Assembly: GCF_003044035.1 (NCBI RefSeq) | Contig: NZ_NVQC01000013.1 | Location: 120,001 to 152,000, forward strand | Direction: 5' to 3' | Source of the DNA: Candidatus Methylomirabilis limnetica | GTDB lineage: Bacteria > Methylomirabilota > Methylomirabilia > Methylomirabilales > Methylomirabilaceae | Length of the DNA stretch: 32,000 bases | Shown here: positions 9,993 through 16,980 of the stretch, one piece after another | Layout: every line of letters begins with the position of its first letter | Numbering within the stretch: position 1 is the stretch's first letter | Position numbers and translations under genes: made by a program | Notes under the pieces: model-generated | Databases searched by the model: none | The model's input: only the letters and a program-made list of their open reading frames with translations | Told to the model about the DNA's origin: nothing

Positions 9993-11360
9993 TCAGCTCT
10001 TCTCGCGGATCTGTAGTTCTTTGATCAGGCGGGCAAGGTCGGTCCGCTGCAGGCCAAGGGCGCTCGCAGCCTTCGATTGATTGCCTCCTGAGCGGTACAG
10101 GGTCTCCCGGATGACCTGTCGTTTGTAAGCCACCACAGTTTCATGGAAGTCGCGAGGCGCTTCTCCAGCAGGCGACTCCGGTGCGCCGGCAAGGACAGTC
10201 AGTGGGAGGTCTTCCGAGGTGATCCGATCGCGGGTACTCAGGACAACGGCCCGCTCGATAAAATTCGCCAGCTCTCTCACATTGCCTGGCCAGTGGTAGT
10301 GTCGCAGTAACTCCCATGCGTCCGGAGTGATCTCCTTAATTCGCTTTCCCATGCGGTCGCAGTATTGGGTGAGGAAGTGATTGGTGAGGGAGACAATGTC
10401 CTCCAGGTGGTCTCGGAGTGGGGGGAGCGAGACGGTAATGACATTGAGACGGCGGTAGAGATCCTCACGGAACAACCCCTCGCGGATCGCCTTGTCCATG
10501 CGGCGATTCGTGGCGGCAACGAAGCGGAGGTCGACCCGTATCGGCCTCGTCCCGCCGACCCGCTCAAACTCGTGCTCTTGAAGGACACGGAGCAGCTTTG
10601 CCTGTAGGTGCGGCTTCAGATCGCCGATCTCATCGAGGAAGGCCGTCCCGCCGTCGGCCAGCTCCAGCTTCCCGCGCTTGCGCTGGTGCGCGCCCGTAAA
10701 GGCTCCGCGCTCATGCCCGAACAAATCGCTCTCAAGCAGATCTTCCGATACTGCCACGCAGTTCACCACCACAAAGGGCTGATCCCGCCGCTGGCTCCAT
10801 TGATGGATAGCTCTCGCGAATACCTCCTTGCCGGTTCCAGTCTCCCCCTGCAGGAGAATCGTAGAACTTCTGGCCGCCGCTCGTTTGGCGGCCTCGATGG
10901 CATTCAGGATCGACGGGCTGTGCCCGATGATCGGCCGATCTTGTCCCCTGACCTCCCCTGACAGTAGGAGGTTGTCCCGCTTCAACGCCTCCCGTTCTAG
11001 CGCCTTGCCGATAACCACTTCCAGATGCCCCGGGCTAAACGGTTTGGTCAAGAAGTCGTACGCGCCGGCCCGCATCGCCTCCACGGCCTTATCGATGGTG
11101 CCATACGAGGTCATTACGATAGTTGTCGTCTCGATCCCCTCATCGCGGATCGCCTTCAGCACCTCGAGGCCACTCTTCTTCGGCATCATAAGATCAAGGA
11201 GGGTGATGGTCAGCGAGTTCTCTCTCAGCCGCGTCAGCGCCTGCACACCATCTTCTGCCTCCACGACCTCGAACCCCATGGCCTTCAGCCGATCACGCAC
11301 CACCTCCCGAATGTCGGGGTCATCGTCCACGATCAGGATCTTGCTATGACTGGGGATCAT
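9993..11360 (-). CDS. sigma-54-dependent Fis-family response regulator (NtrC/AtoC type)
   Basis: 455 aa. REC domain (ILIVDDD...LLDLMMPKKSG), AAA+ Walker A GETGTGKE, sigma-54 contact loop GAFTGA, and a C-terminal Fis-type HTH (AASALGLQRTDLARLIKEL). Confidence 0.92.
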   Translation of the reverse strand: MIPSHSKILIVDDDPDIREVVRDRLKAMGFEVVEAEDGVQALTRLRENSLTITLLDLMMPKKSGLEVLKAIRDEGIETTTIVMTSYGTIDKAVEAMRAGAYDFLTKPFSPGHLEVVIGKALEREALKRDNLLLSGEVRGQDRPIIGHSPSILNAIEAAKRAAARSSTILLQGETGTGKEVFARAIHQWSQRRDQPFVVVNCVAVSEDLLESDLFGHERGAFTGAHQRKRGKLELADGGTAFLDEIGDLKPHLQAKLLRVLQEHEFERVGGTRPIRVDLRFVAATNRRMDKAIREGLFREDLYRRLNVITVSLPPLRDHLEDIVSLTNHFLTQYCDRMGKRIKEITPDAWELLRHYHWPGNVRELANFIERAVVLSTRDRITSEDLPLTVLAGAPESPAGEAPRDFHETVVAYKRQVIRETLYRSGGNQSKAASALGLQRTDLARLIKELQIREKS

Positions 11361-11448
11361 TGTGATTGCTCCGCGTCAGCGAGGGTTGTCGTTACATTGG
11401 TCTGCGCCAGGGGCCGCCTGGGCAGGGTCATGTAGTGCCCCCCTGAAA

Positions 11449-11545
11449 GTCATTGGGGACGACGCGCTGCATGAGCGACACGCACTCGCGCCGAAGTCAC
11501 TTCCGCATACGGCGTTGTCTCTACCATCTGGTTCTCCCCATGAGG
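11449..11545 (-). pseudogene. decayed 3' fragment of a hepT-like gene
   Basis: 11449-11500 aligns by eye with the 3' end of the intact hepT (15636-15687), with a few mismatches and one 1-nt indel. Weaker similarity continues up to the edge of the repeat. No intact reading frame. Confidence 0.45.
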
Positions 11546-11735
11546 CTAACAGATATTAGCCGACAGTTCTTAGGCGGACTCTACGATATTGGTGTGTGCA
11601 ATGCAACACGATACTCGTGACACACTCCTTGGAACACTCTTGAACAAAACGCTTGCACGGGAACCCACTGTTGGATAGCCTGTTCGTCAGCTAGGGATGA
11701 TACCCAATGCCTCAGGTGTGGACCCGTCGCCCCCT
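11546..11735. repeat. ~190-nt repeat, copy A
   Basis: Starts CTAACAGATATTAGCCGACA and ends CGCCCCCT. Shares conserved blocks with copies B (15422-15612) and C (16408-16597). Confidence 0.9.
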
Positions 11736-11893
11736 TGCCCCAGATTCCCGGTGGCCAGCAGGGTACTTGCAGGTGGCCATAGACTCTTTTCTCCAGGCGC
11801 TGACAAACGATTCGGTGGTTGCTGTGGTAGAGGCCGACCGGTTGCTCGGTGGGGCCGTCAGGTGTTGGCCATAGCAACGGAGGTGAGAGACTG

Positions 11894-12376
11894 ATGCGGC
11901 GAGCGTTGACCATCGCGGGCTCCGATTCCGGCGGTGGAGCGGGGATCCATGCCGATCTGAAAACGTTCACAGCCCTTGGTGTGTTCGGGACATCGGCGAT
12001 TACGTCGGTTACGGCCCAGAACACGATCGGCGTCCATGGGGTGCACGATCTGCCGCCGGAGTTCGTAGGGGGCGCCAGATCGACTCGGTCCTTGACGATA
12101 TCGCCATCGACGTGGCCAAGACCGGGATGCTTTCGAGCGCAGCGATCATCGAGGTGGTCACGGCGAAGGTGAAGGCGCATGCGATCCAGCGGTTGGTAGT
12201 CGATCCGGTGATGGTGGCCAAGAATGGGGCGCCGTTACTTCGGTCTGATGCCGTGAACGCGCTCATTGAGCGTCTGCTGCCCCTTGCCCTTGTTCTCACG
12301 CCGAATGTGCCGGAGGCTGAGGCGCTCACAGGGCTGACGATCACTGAGCTCAATGGGATGCGTCAGGCGGCGCGGC
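11894..12376 (+). pseudogene. thiD: thiD 5' fragment, 3'-truncated and frameshifted
   Basis: [25 protein letters not shown]... parallels the intact thiD. There is a 2-nt insertion at about 12067-12072 (GTAGGGGGCGCCAG vs GTCGGGCGCCAG). The reading continues in another frame (ORF 12112..12393). Homology stops at about codon 160. Confidence 0.85.
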
Positions 12377-12406
12377 CTACAACAGGCGGATAGAAAGGTG
12401 GAAGAC

Positions 12407-13837
12407 ATGAATGTGCGTTCAATCCTGACAATTGTAGCCACGCTCGCGCTGGCGTTACCGGCACAGGCGGACGATGAAGGCGTCGCGCTGACGATCTACA
12501 ATCAGAGCTTCGGGGTCGTGCGCGAGAAACGAGGCGTCGAGATCAAGGACAAGCTTGGCGTGGTCCGGTTCACGAACGTGGCGGCGCAGATTGACGGCAC
12601 GAGCGTGCAATTCAAATCGCTCACCGATCCCGCCGCGCGTGTGCTGGAGCAGAACTACGAGTATGACCTCGTCTCCGCGGACAAGCTCCTGCACAAATAC
12701 ATCGACAAACAGATCGCGGTGCTCACCAAGGACGGCTCGCGCTATTCCGGCAACCTGATGAGCTTCGACGCGAACCAACTCGTCATCCGGCAGTACGGGG
12801 AGAAGGGCGAGATCGTGATGGTGCAGCGCGGCGACAACGTCAAAGACATCCAGTTTGGCGCGTTACCGGAAGGATTGATTGCGAAGCCGACGCTGGTGTG
12901 GAAGCTCGCGACAGAGAAACCAGGCACGCATCTCGTCGAGGTCGCCTATCAGACCGGCGGCTTGAACTGGCAGGCCTCTTACAACGCCGTGCTCAACGCC
13001 AAGGATACCGGGCTGGACCTCGGCGGCTGGGTGACAATCAACAACACGTCCGGCGCGACCTATAAGGACGCGAGGCTCAAACTTATTGCCGGAGACGTGC
13101 GCCGGGTCCAGCCGCCGTCTCGCGCATACGCCATAAAAGGCGCGATGGCGATGGAAGCGGCCGCAGCGCCACAATTCGAGGAAAAAGCGTTCTTCGAGTA
13201 TCACCTGTACACGCTGCAACGGCCCAGCACGGTCGCCGACAACCAAACGAAGCAGATCGAATTGCTTAAGGCGGCGGACGTACCGGTCAAGAAGGTGTTG
13301 CTCTACGAGGGCGCGCCGCAATTCCGGTTCTACGGTGGACTGCACACGTCGGCGGAGTATGGCAGCCAGGAGTTCAACAAGAAGGTCAACATCATCATCG
13401 AGGTCAAGAACTCGAAGGACAATCACATGGGCATGGCACTGCCGAAGGGCAAGGTGCGACTCTACAAACGCGACGAGGCCGATGCGGCGCTGGAATTCAT
13501 CGGCGAAGACGAGATTGATCACACGCCGAAGGACGAGACGATCAAGCTGCACATCGGCGACGCGTTCGACGTCGTCGGCGAACGCAAGCGCACCGATTTC
13601 CGCGTGGACAGCGGCCGGCACGTCATGACCGAGAGCTTCGAGATTCGCATTCGCAACCACAAAGACGAACCCGTGGACGTGCTCGTCAAAGAGACGCTCT
13701 ATCGCGGGAACAACTGGGAGATCACCGCGTCGAGCCACAAGTGGACCAAATTCGACTCCGGCACCATCCACTTCCCGATCACCGTAGCCAAAGACGGCGA
13801 GCGGGTCGTGACGTACACGGTGAGATATACGTGGTGA
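12407..13837 (+). CDS. secreted DUF4139-like protein
   Basis: AAAGGTGGAAG RBS precedes the ATG at 12407. Signal peptide MNVRSILTIVATLALALPAQA/DD. The N-terminal LTIYNQSFGVVREKR...IDGTSVQF pattern resembles DUF4139/DUF4140 proteins from memory. The CDS call is strong; the family call is moderate. Confidence 0.75.
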   Translation: MNVRSILTIVATLALALPAQADDEGVALTIYNQSFGVVREKRGVEIKDKLGVVRFTNVAAQIDGTSVQFKSLTDPAARVLEQNYEYDLVSADKLLHKYIDKQIAVLTKDGSRYSGNLMSFDANQLVIRQYGEKGEIVMVQRGDNVKDIQFGALPEGLIAKPTLVWKLATEKPGTHLVEVAYQTGGLNWQASYNAVLNAKDTGLDLGGWVTINNTSGATYKDARLKLIAGDVRRVQPPSRAYAIKGAMAMEAAAAPQFEEKAFFEYHLYTLQRPSTVADNQTKQIELLKAADVPVKKVLLYEGAPQFRFYGGLHTSAEYGSQEFNKKVNIIIEVKNSKDNHMGMALPKGKVRLYKRDEADAALEFIGEDEIDHTPKDETIKLHIGDAFDVVGERKRTDFRVDSGRHVMTESFEIRIRNHKDEPVDVLVKETLYRGNNWEITASSHKWTKFDSGTIHFPITVAKDGERVVTYTVRYTW

Positions 13838-14060
13838 TGTCTGAGGCGTTGAAGCTTTTAGCCGAGTGAAGCGAGTCGCCGCTCACCCAAGGCGGTCTGG
13901 CAAGACTGGTGAAGTCCAGCCAGTCCAGGGTCGCCAAGATGGAAGCCGACGATCCCTCGGTGTCTTGGACCTGCTCATTAGAACCCTTCTGGCGCTGGGA
14001 GCCTCGAGTCGCGAGATAGCGAGAACCTTCGCGCCCTCTCGTCGCGCCACGGCGGCCTAA
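13837..14060 (+). pseudogene. XRE-family HTH (antitoxin-like) pseudogene
   Basis: The ATG overlaps the DUF4139-like stop (TGATG). It reads MSEALKLLAE, then an in-frame TGA (13867-13869), then SESPLTQGGLARLVKSSQSRVAKMEADDPSVS. A 1-nt frameshift near 13962 is needed to continue LDLLIRTLLALGASSREIARTF. Confidence 0.6.
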
Positions 14061-14134
14061 CGCTCCGCTTCATCTGCGGGCGCTCACGCCTCATCAATGG
14101 CGAGCCGTCAACTGCAAGCGGTAGTTAGGTCTTT

Positions 14135-14461
14135 TCACGAAAACAGTTCCGCCAAAGTCGAGAAAACCGCCGACTGTGTTTGCGGCCCAACTTTCCCCAA
14201 TCTTTTCACCAATCTTGATTTGTCGACAGTTCGAATCTGGTCGAGAACAATCTGGGCTTGCTTGCCTTGGGAAACACAAGAAACCCGAGAGGGATAATCT
14301 CGCCCCTTCGTGGTCATTGGGGCAACTATGACTGTGGCAATGAAACGGTTTAATTCGTCCGGCGAGATGATCAGACAGGGGCGACTCTTCTTGATCTCGC
14401 TTCCAACAGTAGGGTCCAGGTTTACCAGATAGACTTCAAACCGTTTCACTTCCATTCCCAT
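14135..14461 (-). CDS. mazF: MazF/PemK-family endoribonuclease toxin
   Basis: 108 aa: KRFEVYLVNLDPTVGSEIKKSRPCLIISPDELN...VAPMTT...VLDQIRTVDKSRL. The start overlaps the mazE stop. Confidence 0.9.
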   Translation of the reverse strand: MGMEVKRFEVYLVNLDPTVGSEIKKSRPCLIISPDELNRFIATVIVAPMTTKGRDYPSRVSCVSQGKQAQIVLDQIRTVDKSRLVKRLGKVGPQTQSAVFSTLAELFS

Positions 14462-14703
14462 TCTTCCTTATCCCAGGAAGTCTGGCTAGCCGCATCCGCA
14501 TCCAACAACTTGTCATCGCCCCTTGCCGCCATGGCCCGGAACTTTTCCGCCCAGCCTTCGCGCGGCTTTTTCACTGAGCGAATGATAATCTGGCGGTCCC
14601 CAACCTGAAGCTCAACCTCGCCACTCAGATGGGTCTGCTCCAACACCACTTTGGGGATTCTAATGCCTTGGGAATTACCGATGCGAACGATGCTTGCCTT
14701 CAT
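14446..14703 (-). CDS. mazE: AbrB/MazE/SpoVT-family antitoxin
   Basis: 85 aa: MKASIVRIGNSQGIRIPKVVLEQ (SpoVT-AbrB fold signature). GGAGG RBS. Overlaps mazF by 16 nt. Confidence 0.88.
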   Translation of the reverse strand: MKASIVRIGNSQGIRIPKVVLEQTHLSGEVELQVGDRQIIIRSVKKPREGWAEKFRAMAARGDDKLLDADAASQTSWDKEEWEWK

Positions 14704-14733
14704 CGAATACCACCTCCAACCAACCTTGATATA

Positions 14734-14767
14734 ATTACAATGTAATCACATCGTACTCTTTCGTCAA
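14734..14767 (-). promoter_or_regulatory. putative mazEF promoter with overlapping palindromic operator
   Basis: On the - strand: TTGACG (plus 14762-14767), 17-nt spacer, TACATT (plus 14739-14744). The palindrome ATTACA-A-TGTAAT (14734-14746) overlaps the -10 box. The site lies about 30 nt upstream of the mazE start. Confidence 0.45.
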
Positions 14768-14787
14768 TAGTGAAATAGGCCCAACGT

Positions 14788-15411
14788 TCACGTCAACCGG
14801 CGCGCGCCGCTCTTGCGCGCGTCCGTGTTGGGCGTGCTGTTAGGGTGCCCTCGCTGCTCAGTGGGCTTGCCGACAATTGAAGGCGTCGACGCAAAGTCCC
14901 AGTTGTCTTCATACACCGAAGCCAGCGGTGCAGGGACGGCGATCGGGCGATCATTGGGAAGACCGATGCGAAATAGACGCCGGTCGCTGGTGCGGTGCGC
15001 CGGGTTGTCTTTGAGCCATAGTTGATGCTCGTCTCGCACGTATTTGGCAACGACGACACTCGGGACGATAAAAAATCGCAACGCGTACTTCGACAACTCA
15101 GTCCGGCTCGAATTGATGTGCACGAAGCAGTAGAACAGGTTCGGGTCAATGACGCCTTCGTGCTTGGCGCTCATCTGCCAATCGGTAACGAATGTTTCAA
15201 AGAGCCTTGAATCACTGTCGCGGGTGCGAGTCTCGAGGTTTGTCTTAACCTCGACTTCGTAACGTGCGCCCCTGCGGGGGTCGAGCACCAGGATGTCGAT
15301 GTTCTTCGTATGACCCAGAGTCATGCCTGCGTCGTAGCCCCGCAGTGTCAATTGCGATAGGACGGCAAATTCTCCCGCGAGCCCTACTGAATTGGGTGGA
15401 ATTCGCGCCAT
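14788..15411 (-). CDS. hypothetical protein with a PD-(D/E)XK nuclease-like N-terminal core
   Basis: 207 aa with an ATG start. GLAGEFAVLSQLTLRGYDAGMTLGHTKNIDILVLDP..GARYEVEVKT fits the G..GE...(D)...(E-x-K) layout of Hjc/PDDEXK-type nucleases. C-terminal tail is low-complexity and basic. No obvious SD sequence. Confidence 0.6.
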   Translation of the reverse strand: MARIPPNSVGLAGEFAVLSQLTLRGYDAGMTLGHTKNIDILVLDPRRGARYEVEVKTNLETRTRDSDSRLFETFVTDWQMSAKHEGVIDPNLFYCFVHINSSRTELSKYALRFFIVPSVVVAKYVRDEHQLWLKDNPAHRTSDRRLFRIGLPNDRPIAVPAPLASVYEDNWDFASTPSIVGKPTEQRGHPNSTPNTDARKSGARRLT

Positions 15412-15421
15412 ATTGAGTGCC

Positions 15422-15612
15422 CTAACAGATATTAGCCGACACTTCTTGGACGGGCTTTACGATATTGGTGCGTGCTATACCAACACGATACTCGTGACAC
15501 ACCCCTTGGAACATCCTTGAACAAAACGCTTGCACAGGAACCCCCTGTTGGATAGCCTGGTCGTCAGATATGGATGATACCCAACACCTCAGGCGTGGAC
15601 CTGTTGCCCCCT
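15422..15612. repeat. ~190-nt repeat, copy B
   Basis: Same ends and blocks as copies A and C. By my hand alignment it is about 88% identical to A. It lies ~10 nt from the start of the 207-aa ORF and 11 nt from the hepT stop. Confidence 0.9.
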
Positions 15613-15623
15613 CCAACGCGGTG

Positions 15624-15986
15624 TTAGCCCACCTCGTCATTGGGGGCGACGCAAGGCATGAGCGACATGCACTCGCGCTGAAGCACCGATACATCGTGTT
15701 CGACGATCGCCCACACGACAGCGTCATCCACGGTCGGGTACTCGTGGGTAAGCTGGTTGCGGAAGTCCACGATCCTCCGTGCCCGCGTGATTGCATCGAA
15801 GGCATCCGGTGCGACTCGGCCGAGTGCCGCGGCCGCCTCTCCGATGATGATGAACTCGCGCTCGACCGAAGAGCGGACGAGGCGATTGCTTTCATACCCG
15901 GCGAGATTAAGGTCTCGAACCGCGACGGTGATCGCGTCGCACGACTCGATGATGTCGGCCAAGTAGGCACGCGCATCACGCGGCAT
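15624..15986 (-). CDS. hepT: HepT (DUF86) HEPN-domain toxin
   Basis: 120 aa with the Rx4HxY motif in FRNQLTHEY. Overlaps the upstream mntA by 11 nt. Confidence 0.88.
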   Translation of the reverse strand: MPRDARAYLADIIESCDAITVAVRDLNLAGYESNRLVRSSVEREFIIIGEAAAALGRVAPDAFDAITRARRIVDFRNQLTHEYPTVDDAVVWAIVEHDVSVLQRECMSLMPCVAPNDEVG

Positions 15987-16284
15987 AAAGCATCTGCCTC
16001 GTACGCTCGATGTCGCGGGCGATGTACGGGTTTTTGATGGCCCCCACCATGACCAAGTCGATCTTCAGGCCTAATACGGTCCGGAGTTCTTCCAGCATGC
16101 CGAAGTAGGCCTCGACTCGAGCGTACGGCTCCATCGGCCCGAACTCGACCAACAGGTCCAGGTCGCTCTCATCCGGTTTGAAGTCATCATGCAAAGCCGA
16201 ACCGAACGCGTACAGCCGTACCACACCATGGCGCACGCAGGCCGCAGCTATCGCTTGGCGATTGTTCTCGAGAACACCGATCAT
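15976..16284 (-). CDS. mntA: MntA-type nucleotidyltransferase antitoxin
   Basis: 102 aa with the minimal NTase motif FGSALHDDFKPDESDLDLLV (GS...DxD). GGGAGA RBS 6 nt upstream of the ATG. Confidence 0.88.
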   Translation of the reverse strand: MIGVLENNRQAIAAACVRHGVVRLYAFGSALHDDFKPDESDLDLLVEFGPMEPYARVEAYFGMLEELRTVLGLKIDLVMVGAIKNPYIARDIERTRQMLYAA

Positions 16285-16346
16285 GACGTGTCTCCCACGT
16301 TCATCGTACCTACAGCGGGTGAGGCGCGCACCGGCCAGGAACGATC

Positions 16347-16407
16347 CGCGCCGAAGTCACTTCAGTGTGCGGCGTTGTCTCTACCCTCTGGTTCCCCCCC
16401 GATGGGG
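16347..16407 (-). pseudogene. second decayed hepT-like fragment
   Basis: CGCGCCGAAGTCACTTC..CGGCGTTGTCTCTACC.TCTGGTTC matches 11487-11545. It lies between repeat C and the mntA upstream region. Confidence 0.4.
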
Positions 16408-16597
16408 CTAACAGATATTAGCCGACACTCCTTGAATGGACTCTACGATATTGATGCATGTAAGGCAACACGATACTCATGACGCGCCAATTGGACAACT
16501 TTTGAACAAAACGCTTGCACAGGAAGCGACCGTTGGATAGCCTGTTCGTCAGATATTGATGATACCCAACAACTTAAGCGTGGACCAATCGCCCCCT
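16408..16597. repeat. ~190-nt repeat, copy C
   Basis: Same ends and blocks as copies A and B. By my hand alignment it is about 82% identical to A. Confidence 0.9.
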
Positions 16598-16836
16598 TTA
16601 ACCGAGATCCCCGGTGGCCAGCATGGTACTTGTAATTGGCCATGGGGTCTTTTCTTCAGGCGGAGACCAACGATCCGGCGGTTGCTGTGGCAGAGGTCGA
16701 CCGGATGCTGGATGGGGCGGGCAGTCTCCGGTGGAGTACGTGGACGATATCCAGAGGACGTCGGCCGGGCAAGCACCCGTGCGTGGTTTGCTATGTCCCG
16801 CCAGTATAGTGTCCCATAAGTCCCTTTACAGTGATT

Positions 16837-16951
16837 GTCATTCTGGGCTTGACAAGCCTGCCCCGTACTTGATACGGGGGAATCCAGTCTTTCTGTGCTG
16901 GATTCCCGCTCCCCGCTTAAGGCATGCGGGGACAAGCTTCGCGGGAATGAC
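16837..16951. repeat. palindromic MITE-like element inserted in the thiD leader
   Basis: GTCATTC...GAATCCAG arm (16837-16887) and its inverted partner CTGGATTC...GAATGAC (16898-16951). Each arm contains its own CCCCG..CGGGG hairpin. The element is absent from the paralogous leader at 11736-11893. Confidence 0.75.
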
Positions 16952-16980
16952 GGCTTCGGTACAACGGAGGTGATAAACCG

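Larger units (their letters stand above)
11487..12376 (+). repeat. left copy of the diverged direct duplication (partner 16347..17460)
   Basis: Collinear similarity to 16347-17460 apart from ~220 nt extra in the right copy. Similarity ends abruptly at 12376/17460 (..GCGGCGCGGC, then C vs A). The last 109 nt (12268-12376 vs 17352-17460) differ at one position. Confidence 0.85.

Noticed and set aside
11628-11660. Sigma-54 promoter inside the repeat (TTGGAACACTCTTGAAC / TGAACAAAACGCTTGCA), next to a sigma-54 activator gene.
   Set aside because: The invariant GG-N10-GC spacing is not met. The -24 position reads GA in one register, and the -12 reads GA rather than GC in the other.
11736-11893. 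TPP (THI-box) riboswitch upstream of thiD. The same check was made for 16598-16980.
   Set aside because: I searched by eye on the + strand for the GGGGUGC / CUGAGA / ACCUGAUCUGGAUAAUGCCAGCG / AGGGA boxes and found none. This needs a covariance-model scan to be definitive.
11581-12180. ORFs 11581..12180(-), 15422..15979(-), 16549..17190(-) and 31001..31552(+), which run through the repeats.
   Set aside because: They read across non-coding repeats, leaders and antisense thiD or hepT. They have no RBS or family motifs, and their similarity to each other simply reflects the underlying DNA repeats.
11546-16597. Integron gene-cassette array, with the 190-nt repeat acting as attC. TA cassettes between repeats are typical of chromosomal integrons.
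   Set aside because: No intI-type integrase or attI is in the window. The element is longer than typical attC sites. I could not find the R''-L''...L'-R' whole-length inverted symmetry or a GTTRRRY core at the boundaries. One gene in the interval (DUF4139-like) is on the opposite strand. This is not fully excluded without an attC covariance-model scan.
11546-16597. CRISPR array (three similar repeats).
   Set aside because: The repeats are ~190 nt, only ~80-90% identical, and separated by kilobases containing genes. No cas genes are present.
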